NCBI GenBank assembly: GCA_041651355.1
Contig: JBAZJK010000001.1
Span: forward strand, 613,883 to 677,882
Direction: 5' to 3'
Source of the DNA: Patescibacteria group bacterium
GTDB taxonomy: Bacteria; Patescibacteriota; Patescibacteriia; Patescibacteriales; UBA12465
DNA: 64,000 nucleotides
This document shows positions 18,216 to 26,903 of the stretch, piece by piece. The notes under the pieces were generated by a model. That model was not told the DNA's origin. It ran no database searches and worked only from the letters and a program-made list of their open reading frames with translations. Each line of letters starts with the position of its first letter. The stretch's first letter is position 1. A program made the position numbers and the translations under genes.

Positions 18216-20585
18216 TTACTGCGGACGGCTTTCTTGATAGTCGAAGACCGGACCGACCGACATAACCAGACGGCCATCCTGTTCGCTGACTAATAACATG
18301 AATTTGAGGCGGCTCAAATCTTCACGCATAGAACGCCTTTCCGCTAGATTAAAATTCAAAGTCAACTGCTTATTACCTAACTGCTCAGTCTTATAAGATT
18401 GGATAAAATTAAGGATAGTCTGTTTATCTTCCGGGCTCAAGCTGGTGGCACTGAGCTCTTTTTTTATAATCCCGCGCAAATCTTGGAGTTGGCTAAGCAG
18501 AACCCTGAGATTCAGATTAACGATATTGGCCTCTTCGCTCAGATTTAAAGCTTGAAACATTCCCTGAAGCATCTCGGCTTGAGCGATAAGTTCATCCAGT
18601 TGTCCTAGATTAGGTTCCACGTAAACATTATTCATGATTGAAGCTGAGGTCTTCAGGCCGCCGCTAGTCCCCGGCGATTGCAAGCTCAGTTTATCCAAAG
18701 GTAATTGTAGGTTGATCCAGGTAGCCACGGCGCCATTTAGGTAGCGGCTTTGCCAGAGCTGGGAAGCAGCCTGGGCAGGCGGATAACGGAAATTATTTTC
18801 CAATCCGGTTTTTAAATAAGCTAAAGTCGACCAATAGTTATTAGCATGCCAGATTTGCCCCTGATCTATCTTATCGCGCATGACCGCTATGTTAGCGTCA
18901 TAATTAGCATAACTGATATTATTCTGCCAATATTGATTACCGGCTAAAGGCGGATAAATCAAGGAGATGGCATCCAGAGCAATGCCATAGCAACGCTGGT
19001 AAGCATTGCCTTGGCGGCAAGCCGTAATCGCTCCGCGAGCATTACCGCCGATATAATCGCCGGCGGCAGGACGGGTCAAATTCTTAAAAATATAATCATT
19101 GGGCCAATAAAAATCAGCGATGATTTTTAAACCTAAGTCGGGTTTAGTATCAGCTTCATTACCATTAAAACCGCCGGCGATCTCTATAAAACTTCTATTT
19201 AGGAGATCCTGGCGCAATTTGTCTAGATTATCTTCGGCCTCATTATTACTAGCGGAAAATAAATCAACCGGATTGTAGTCAGCGCCAAAAAGAGCGACCA
19301 AGCGATCATGGTAGAGAACATAGCTAAAATCATCGCGCAAACCCTTAAAGAAAGACATGATCTTATAGATCCTGGCCCAACGCTGTTTTAACTGAGGATC
19401 GGCGGCAAAATCTTTGGCCAAGAAAGAGGCCGCGGTCAGATTAATCCGCCAATCGTCCTTATCCAATAGGCAGTCAGGGCAGACTTCGCTCTTATAATTC
19501 AAGGGCCAAACTGAATTAAGCCAACGCAGAGAGAGGTAGAAGTTATTAAGGCGGGCATTACTGCGATATTCGGCCGGGACGGCAAAGCTGGTATAGTTCT
19601 TAGGATAAGACATGACCGGCGACTTAGCCGCTTTTTCTTTTGCCTCCCTGATCAGGCCTAATTCCCGGCTGACATCGGCTTGCAGGTATGCCGGCAAGGG
19701 AAAATTAAAATATTCTACTTCGCGGGAATTAAACTTATCAACCAAAACTAAATCTTTATTGGAATTTATCTGGGCCGCCGTCGGTTTTAAGAGCTCTAAA
19801 GCAACGGCTAAATAAGCTAACTCTAAGCGCTCAGCTTCCAAGACTGGATCATTTGAACCATTCGCCTGAGCGGCGTGATCTTCGTAGCGCTTTTTAGCTA
19901 CCATATACAAATCTTTGTTTATATTCCAAAGATTCTCATAAAAGACATTCTCTTCTATATCCTTAAAGATCTGCTTCAGGTTGTTTTGATAATGATAGGT
20001 GATAAAATCATTCGTAACCAAGATCGGAACTTTTTGCTCAGCTAATTTTTTATACAAACCGTAGAAATCCTTAATATCTTTATCCCAAGGATTAGTAATG
20101 AACGCCAAACCGTCCTGGTTAAGATTAGCTAAGACTGGGTCTAGGTTAAACTGCCGAGAAACTTCGTAATAATTAGCGACCTCCGTCTTAGAATTTATCG
20201 GCAAACTATAAGCCGGCGGGTCGTAATTATAATCATCGGACGGAGCTTTATAAAAATCATTGAAGCTAAGATATTCAATCTTCACCTTCTCCTCGAAATT
20301 AGAACTCGAGCTGGTCGCAGCGTTATCTTCATTGGGCAGGCTGTTAGCTAGGCGTGGCAAATCACTGGCTAGTTCCGGGGCAGAGGGAGCGGGGTGACGC
20401 CAATTAAGATAAACTCCCTTCAGCCAATTAAAGCTAGGCCAAAGGACGCTTATAACTAAAAGCGGGATAGCCACAGCCAAAACTACCGGCTTCCAAGGGA
20501 ATGGCCGACGCGGTTTACGGCCCAGATTGCGATTCAAAACGGTCTTTTCATTAAGCTTGAATTCAGGCTTAACGGAATCGAACAT
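18216..20585 (-). CDS. Large N-terminally anchored extracytoplasmic protein of unknown function (possibly DUF3160-like)
   Basis: Single TM (WKPVVLAVAIPLLVISVLW) followed by about 720 aa with no catalytic motif I recognise. The family assignment is from memory only. Confidence 0.35.
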   Translation of the reverse strand: MFDSVKPEFKLNEKTVLNRNLGRKPRRPFPWKPVVLAVAIPLLVISVLWPSFNWLKGVYLNWRHPAPSAPELASDLPRLANSLPNEDNAATSSSSNFEEKVKIEYLSFNDFYKAPSDDYNYDPPAYSLPINSKTEVANYYEVSRQFNLDPVLANLNQDGLAFITNPWDKDIKDFYGLYKKLAEQKVPILVTNDFITYHYQNNLKQIFKDIEENVFYENLWNINKDLYMVAKKRYEDHAAQANGSNDPVLEAERLELAYLAVALELLKPTAAQINSNKDLVLVDKFNSREVEYFNFPLPAYLQADVSRELGLIREAKEKAAKSPVMSYPKNYTSFAVPAEYRSNARLNNFYLSLRWLNSVWPLNYKSEVCPDCLLDKDDWRINLTAASFLAKDFAADPQLKQRWARIYKIMSFFKGLRDDFSYVLYHDRLVALFGADYNPVDLFSASNNEAEDNLDKLRQDLLNRSFIEIAGGFNGNEADTKPDLGLKIIADFYWPNDYIFKNLTRPAAGDYIGGNARGAITACRQGNAYQRCYGIALDAISLIYPPLAGNQYWQNNISYANYDANIAVMRDKIDQGQIWHANNYWSTLAYLKTGLENNFRYPPAQAASQLWQSRYLNGAVATWINLQLPLDKLSLQSPGTSGGLKTSASIMNNVYVEPNLGQLDELIAQAEMLQGMFQALNLSEEANIVNLNLRVLLSQLQDLRGIIKKELSATSLSPEDKQTILNFIQSYKTEQLGNKQLTLNFNLAERRSMREDLSRLKFMLLVSEQDGRLVMSVGPVFDYQESRPQ

Positions 20586-20589
20586 ATAT

Positions 20590-21537
20590 TTATTTTAGAT
20601 ATTTCAATTTATTAGCGACATGTTCCTCGAAGCTACGGGAGAAGATGACCTGGCGACTATCACTTGGAGTCAGGAAATAATTATAATCGGAATCAATGGG
20701 ATAGACTGCCGCTTCTAGAGCTAAGAGCCCGGGGTTGCAAATCGGAGTAGGTGGCAAACCGGGGTATTTATAAGTGTTATAGGGGGTATTAACTTCTAAT
20801 TGGGCGCCGCTGTGCCGGCTATTCTTGTCGCCGAACCAATAAGACAGGGTGGCGTCAGACTGCAGGGCTTGGCCGATCTTTAGGCGATGCCAGAAAATGC
20901 CGGAGATTAGGCGCGCCTCGCGGTTCTCCTTGTCATTAGAATCAAAGGGCGCTTCTTTTTCTAAAATTGAAGCCATGATAACAACTTGATACAGGCTACG
21001 ACCCTGATTAGCGATTTCCTTCCTCATCTCCGGACTTAACTTTTTTCCGAAATTATCCAACATCTTGAATATCGCCTCTTCGGCCGTGGAGGAGGCGTGG
21101 ACACGATAAGTATCAGGAAAAAGAAAGCCCTCTAAACTATAATACTTCGGCTTATCTTTTAAAAAATCATAACGATCGGAATAATCCTTGGGCCAATCAG
21201 CTAATTTTTCCTGGCGATAATCATACTTAGGGGAGCCGGTTAAGCTTAGAAGCTCGTCGCTTGGCCACAAACCCTCACGTTCGAAATACTGGCTGATTTC
21301 ACGAATATTCCAACCCTCGAGAACCTTAATGGTCTTTTCCTCTTGATAAACAATTTTGTTTTCTAAGTCACGATGCGTAACTTTTTCAATCACCTTGCGC
21401 CATGAAACTGGTAATTTCTTCTCATTGGGGATGACAAAAGTATGATAAATCAACTTAAGATTAAACAGACAAACCACTATACCAGTCAAAAAAATAATCC
21501 AGCCGCTCAGGATGAGATAACGGGTCAACTTTTTCAT
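20590..21537 (-). CDS. mltG: Endolytic murein transglycosylase MltG (YceG family)
   Basis: N-terminal TM; ASILEKEA; FWHRLKIGQALQSDATLSY; NTYKYPGLPPTPICNPG. These are YceG motifs. Confidence 0.85.
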   Translation of the reverse strand: MKKLTRYLILSGWIIFLTGIVVCLFNLKLIYHTFVIPNEKKLPVSWRKVIEKVTHRDLENKIVYQEEKTIKVLEGWNIREISQYFEREGLWPSDELLSLTGSPKYDYRQEKLADWPKDYSDRYDFLKDKPKYYSLEGFLFPDTYRVHASSTAEEAIFKMLDNFGKKLSPEMRKEIANQGRSLYQVVIMASILEKEAPFDSNDKENREARLISGIFWHRLKIGQALQSDATLSYWFGDKNSRHSGAQLEVNTPYNTYKYPGLPPTPICNPGLLALEAAVYPIDSDYNYFLTPSDSRQVIFSRSFEEHVANKLKYLK

Positions 21538-21539
21538 AA

Positions 21540-22034
21540 CTACTTCTTCTTAGTTTTTAATTCTGCGGCTCGAGCAATCAAATGCGAGCTAGCTCTAATT
21601 TTCCGACCTAAACCATCGACCATCCTAATCCCTAATTTCTTGCAAACCTCGTATTCTGGCACATCATTAATATTGTGACGGTCACCGCCGTTAGCAAAAA
21701 TATCTGGCTTCAGCTTAGCTAGAGACTTAATAACCGTCTTGTCCTTATCGGTCGATAAAAATACTTGGTCGACATCACGCAAAGCTGCTACAATCGCCAA
21801 ACGATCCTTTTCCGGCATAAAAGGCACGCTACCCTTCAAGGCCACCTGCTTATCATTATTTACGATCGCCACTAATTTATCCCCCAACTTCTTAGCCTTA
21901 CTGATCATCTCTAGATGACCGACGTGTAGGGGATTAAAATAGCCAGAAACGGCTACTAAGACTGGCTTTTTAGAGCTAGCCGCTTTAGTTTTACAGCTCT
22001 TCCGAACTGGCGGACAACAACAATTATGAGACAT
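21540..22034 (-). CDS. Cytidylyltransferase-family nucleotidyltransferase (TagD / RfaE-domain-II-like)
   Basis: VAVSGYFNPLHVGHLEMI (the HxGH motif of the cytidylyltransferase superfamily), with a Cys-rich N-terminal tail. Confidence 0.7.
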   Translation of the reverse strand: MSHNCCCPPVRKSCKTKAASSKKPVLVAVSGYFNPLHVGHLEMISKAKKLGDKLVAIVNNDKQVALKGSVPFMPEKDRLAIVAALRDVDQVFLSTDKDKTVIKSLAKLKPDIFANGGDRHNINDVPEYEVCKKLGIRMVDGLGRKIRASSHLIARAAELKTKKK

Positions 22035-22106
22035 AATAAAAAATAAAAAAGTTTATCTTTAATAGTTATATTATAGCAGATAAATAAGGTGCTTCCAAAT
22101 AGTAAT

Positions 22107-23105
22107 TTAATCGGAATATAACCAATAAATATCTAATAAACGCTTTCTCAAATTAAAGGTCTGGCCACTACTTAAAAGCCCTAAATAAGAAGCTAAGTTC
22201 GCCGGCTCTGAACGACAAGACATCTTTCTTAACATCCGCCGCCTAGTCTTGGTTCTTAAAATATAGTAATCGGGAAAATATATATGCCCAAGAAAATCAA
22301 CACCACTAGCTAAAGTTTTTAGATGCAATTTGGTTGGATGGAGTTCTAGTTTCAATCTTTCTCGCAAAAAACCTTCTAACAAGGTCAGCTTGTCTGACAG
22401 ATAATCACAATTGTCAGATAATATGGCAAAATCATCGGCATAACGAAAATAATATTTTACCTTCAAATCATTTTTTACAAATTGATCAAATTCATTCAGG
22501 TAGATATTAACGAATAATTGTGAGGTAAGATTACCCAAGGGCAAACCTTTACCGGGCTGGCAAGAAAAACTCCTAATAATATTTTCTAAAAGGCTCATAA
22601 TCCTCTCATCATCAATATATCTCCTTAAAATGACTATCAAAATTTCTTGATCAATACTATCAAAAAATCTCTTGATATCCGCCTGCAAAACCCAGACTGT
22701 TCTAGTTTTATTTAAACTAACTTTTCCACTAGCGCGACGAAATGCCAGCCCGGCTCGATGCGTCCCCTTGCCTAGCTGACAGGAATAAGAATGGGCAATA
22801 AAAAGCTGACTAAAAAACGGGTAAAGTTGGCGACAAACGGCATGATGGACGAGACGATCACGGACGCTGGCTTTATGAATATGTCTTAATTTAGGATCGC
22901 TGACATAAAAATCTTGATATCCTCCGTGTTGATACGAACCATTGGCAAGCTCAACCTGAAGTTGTAAAATATTATCGCCCAGATGTAAGGAAAATTTTAT
23001 CACATCTTTTTTATTTTTCTTACCAATAATAAATTCGCGCCAAGCCGCTAACAAATTTTCGCCATTACTTATCTCTGAAAATTTAATTAATGATTTTTTA
23101 CTCAT
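22107..23105 (-). CDS. DGR-type reverse transcriptase
   Basis: RT motifs ADIKRFFDSIDQ, LPLGNLTSQLFVNIYLNEFD (DGR-type motif 4), YFRYADDFAILS (YxDD), GVDFLGH and SYSCQLGKGTH. The ATG at 23105 (MSKKSLIKF...ENLLAAWREF) aligns with the N-termini of known DGR RTs. The ORF track extends to a GTG at 23156. Confidence 0.9.
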   Translation of the reverse strand: MSKKSLIKFSEISNGENLLAAWREFIIGKKNKKDVIKFSLHLGDNILQLQVELANGSYQHGGYQDFYVSDPKLRHIHKASVRDRLVHHAVCRQLYPFFSQLFIAHSYSCQLGKGTHRAGLAFRRASGKVSLNKTRTVWVLQADIKRFFDSIDQEILIVILRRYIDDERIMSLLENIIRSFSCQPGKGLPLGNLTSQLFVNIYLNEFDQFVKNDLKVKYYFRYADDFAILSDNCDYLSDKLTLLEGFLRERLKLELHPTKLHLKTLASGVDFLGHIYFPDYYILRTKTRRRMLRKMSCRSEPANLASYLGLLSSGQTFNLRKRLLDIYWLYSD

Positions 23106-23112
23106 GTAAAAT

Positions 23113-23469
23113 ATGCTAATATTACCCCCCCCCGATAAAAATTTTTCAATTCTCACAAAATTAAATGGAGCCTATCTTTTTTGGCAAGTTTCTTTCTTGC
23201 AAATGTCACGTTTGCATCGTTATTCCTTAGGAATCAAGATAGACAATCTTTTTACTGAAACATTAAAATTAATTCTAGCGGCCAAATATTCTCACCGCGA
23301 CCAGAAACTAGAATTCATTAACCAAGCGATAATAGAGCTGGACACTTTAAAATTTTTCCTCCAAATTAGCTGGCAAAATAAATCCTTGGATGACAAGAAA
23401 TATCTGCAACTTAGTGCTTCCCTAGCCGAAGTTGGAAAGATTATAGGTGGTTGGAAAAAACTGTTTTAA
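23113..23469 (+). CDS. avd: Avd-like four-helix-bundle accessory protein (23S rRNA-IVS protein family)
   Basis: FWQ...LQMSRLHRYSLGIKIDNLFTETLKLILAA...LDTLKFFLQISW...LAEVGKIIGGWKKL is the pattern of four-helix-bundle proteins found next to DGR RTs. An in-frame TAA at 23107-23109 forbids an earlier start. Confidence 0.6.
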   Translation: MLILPPPDKNFSILTKLNGAYLFWQVSFLQMSRLHRYSLGIKIDNLFTETLKLILAAKYSHRDQKLEFINQAIIELDTLKFFLQISWQNKSLDDKKYLQLSASLAEVGKIIGGWKKLF

Positions 23470-23472
23470 AAA

Positions 23473-23491
23473 CCCGCTTCAAAGAAGCGGG
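23473..23491 (-). terminator. GC-rich hairpin 9 nt 3' of the TR (intrinsic terminator on the minus strand)
   Basis: cccgcttc-aaa-gaagcggg, an 8-bp stem. The minus-strand reading is followed by TTTTT. Confidence 0.6.
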
Positions 23492-23500
23492 AAAACAAAA

Positions 23501-23640
23501 TACTTGCAAACAGCCAGGAAACGGCAATTCTCATTCCAGTCATTGTCAAACCAGTTGAGATTGAGCTTACGCCTGTTGTCGTCGACATCCAGATAAGGCG
23601 CGTTGCGATTGCCATTGGCATTCTGCCAAATAGAACCCAG
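23501..23640 (-). repeat. DGR template repeat (TR), 140 bp, non-coding
   Basis: Aligns without gaps to 23986-24125 (offset +485). There are 8 mismatches, each at a T on the + strand, which is an A on the sense (minus) strand of the TR. Confidence 0.9.
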
Positions 23641-23895
23641 TAAAAAATCGTCTCCCGCCTTCCTGGCCACCACCCCTTCAATATTTCGTCGGGGTTGAAT
23701 ATAACTTGGGATTTTTAAATCCGCCAGCGGGAAACGCCAAGTATTTTATTTTTAAAAAATAATAACCGGCACGCTAACCAACCGTTTAATTGATTATTCT
23801 GACCAAAATATTATTTTAGAATTCGGCCGCTTACAGCCGTAACCGTAAGCTGATTCGCCTACTATCCAAAGTCATCTTAGCATATTTTTATCTAC

Positions 23896-23932
23896 AAAAA
23901 AACCGCTTCTTCAACTTGAGAAGCGGTTTTTT
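23896..23932. terminator. Intrinsic terminator downstream of the DGR target gene
   Basis: aaaaaaccgcttc-ttcaacttga-gaagcggtttttt, an 8-bp GC core flanked by A and T runs. Confidence 0.7.
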
Positions 23933-23984
23933 ACAAAGAGCTAAGAGACTGAGGGCGAGGGCTAAGAGTTAAAGCGCTAAGCGC

Positions 23985-24614
23985 TTACTTGCAAACAGCC
24001 AGGAAACGGCAACGCCCAACCCAGTCATTGTCAAACCAGTTGAGATTGAGCTCACGCCTGTTGTCGTCGACATCCAGAAAAGGCGCGTCGCGATTGCCAT
24101 TGGCATTCTGCCAAATAGAACCCAGGGCGATAATGGGAAATTTTCTCTGCAAGTCTGGGTATGATGCGCCCAGGGCGAGCAGTTCGACCAAGGTGGCAGG
24201 ACGATAGCCTTGTTTATCCATTTCTTCAATGGCTTTCTGACTACTGATACTGTGGCCGAAATGGAAAAGCTTGGCTTGGACCTGAAGGCTTTGCCCGGAT
24301 AGTTCTACTGGCAAGGGGAAATTTCTAGCATTAACGTCGCCGTTATTCCAGTCATAACGACCAGCGGCAATCATTTGCTCCAGAGTGAGAGAATAGTCAA
24401 TTTTGAGCAGGAACCCGGATTGTTCGGGTTTAGCCGAATTAACATCGATTTTGACCGGGTCTATCTGTCCGGTAACTACTGCGTACATCTTTTTAGCCAG
24501 CGCATTGTCGCGGCTGTTTATGATTTCCTGACAAAGTTCGTCAGTGAATCCGGCTTTTTTAAGAGCCAAGAAGAACTCATGCCCTTTTCCGAGAGCGGCA
24601 CACATTTCGTTCAT
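23985..24614 (-). CDS. DGR target (variable) protein, 209 aa, no signal peptide
   Basis: The C-terminus GSIWQNANGNRDAPFLDVDDNRRELNLNWFDNDWVGRCRFLAVCK is encoded by the VR. The upstream segment GYRPATLVELLAL resembles the conserved core that precedes the VR in C-type-lectin-fold DGR targets. Confidence 0.85.
   Translation of the reverse strand: MNEMCAALGKGHEFFLALKKAGFTDELCQEIINSRDNALAKKMYAVVTGQIDPVKIDVNSAKPEQSGFLLKIDYSLTLEQMIAAGRYDWNNGDVNARNFPLPVELSGQSLQVQAKLFHFGHSISSQKAIEEMDKQGYRPATLVELLALGASYPDLQRKFPIIALGSIWQNANGNRDAPFLDVDDNRRELNLNWFDNDWVGRCRFLAVCK
23986..24125 (-). repeat. DGR variable repeat (VR), the last 46 codons of the target gene
   Basis: 132/140 identity to the TR. Differences lie at 24013, 24014, 24016, 24019, 24020, 24053, 24079 and 24089, all opposite TR adenines. 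Confidence 0.9.
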
Positions 24615-24721
24615 GGTGTATAGATTTTAAAATAGCTATTACTCAACTACTAGGCCGTTGAGATTTGGCATTATTAATGAAGATATTAAAGCATTTTTTA
24701 TTAATTATGTCAATATTAAAC

Positions 24722-24747
24722 AAAAAGAGCCATCTCTGGCCCTTTTG
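24722..24747 (-). terminator. groEL intrinsic terminator
   Basis: Imperfect hairpin aaaagagcca-tctc-tggccctttt, followed by a T-run on the minus strand. Confidence 0.6.
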
Positions 24748-24768
24748 TTTATTATGTATTAGCTAAGA

Positions 24769-26451
<1,683 letters not shown>

Positions 26452-26457
26452 TTATTA

Positions 26458-26745
26458 TTATTCAATAATTGCGATAATATCAGTCTCGCTTAAGACTAGA
26501 TATTCTTCATCATCAACTTTAACTTCATCGGGAGAATATTTCTTAAAGATAACCTTGTCTCCGACTTTGACATTCATGGCTGCTAACTGGCCATTGTCTA
26601 AAATCCGTCCCGGGCCGACGGCGATTACCTCGCCTTTTTCCGGCTTAGCATCGCTGGAATCGGGCAAAACGATGCCGGACTTAGTCACATCTTCTTTTTT
26701 TAGAGCCTTAACGATGACGTTGTTGGCTAATGGTTTTAGGTTCAT
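26458..26745 (-). CDS. groES: Co-chaperonin GroES
   Basis: LKPLANNVIVK...SGIVLPDS...GEVIAVGPG is the GroES pattern, located directly upstream of groEL. Confidence 0.95.
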   Translation of the reverse strand: MNLKPLANNVIVKALKKEDVTKSGIVLPDSSDAKPEKGEVIAVGPGRILDNGQLAAMNVKVGDKVIFKKYSPDEVKVDDEEYLVLSETDIIAIIE

Positions 26746-26772
26746 ATTTTTATTTTTAATTAATAATTGCGC

Positions 26773-26799
26773 TTAGCAATCTAAAGCTAAGACTGCTAA
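26773..26799 (-). promoter_or_regulatory. CIRCE-like operator upstream of groES (2 deviations from consensus)
   Basis: TTAGCAATC-N9-GACTGCTAA compared with the consensus TTAGCACTC-N9-GAGTGCTAA. It lies between the predicted -10 and the groES start. Confidence 0.65.
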
Positions 26800-26809
26800 A
26801 CATTATAAT

Positions 26810-26838
26810 ATTCTATAGCTTCGGCGAACGGCTGTCAA
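26810..26838 (-). promoter_or_regulatory. Sigma-70-type promoter of groESL
   Basis: The minus strand reads TTGACA-N17-TAGAAT (-35 at 26833-26838, -10 at 26810-26815). Confidence 0.6.
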
Positions 26839-26843
26839 GATAT

Positions 26844-26874
26844 AAAAAAAGGGCCTGTTTTTGAGACAGTGCCC
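26844..26874 (-). terminator. Intrinsic terminator of the beta-barrel gene
   Basis: Stem gggcctgt / acag(t)gccc, followed on the minus strand by T7. Confidence 0.6.
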
Positions 26875-26903
26875 CTTTTTCAAGGATCGATATTTTTTCT
26901 TCT

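Larger units (their letters stand above)
22107..24614 (-). mobile_element. Diversity-generating retroelement cassette (target/VR - TR - avd(antisense) - RT)
   Basis: Combination of the RT, the Avd-like gene and the TR/VR pair with adenine-specific mismatches. Confidence 0.9.

Noticed and set aside
23466-23681. Track ORFs 23466..23681 and 23479..23673 on the minus strand
   Set aside because: They are read-throughs of the DGR template repeat, which copies target-gene coding sequence. They have no independent start context and end in the terminator hairpin. They were treated as a non-coding TR.
23969-24229. Track ORFs 23969..24229 (-) and 23989..24207 (+) overlapping the VR
   Set aside because: These are alternative frames of the 3' end of the target gene. 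The 209-aa frame is the one colinear with the TR codon structure.
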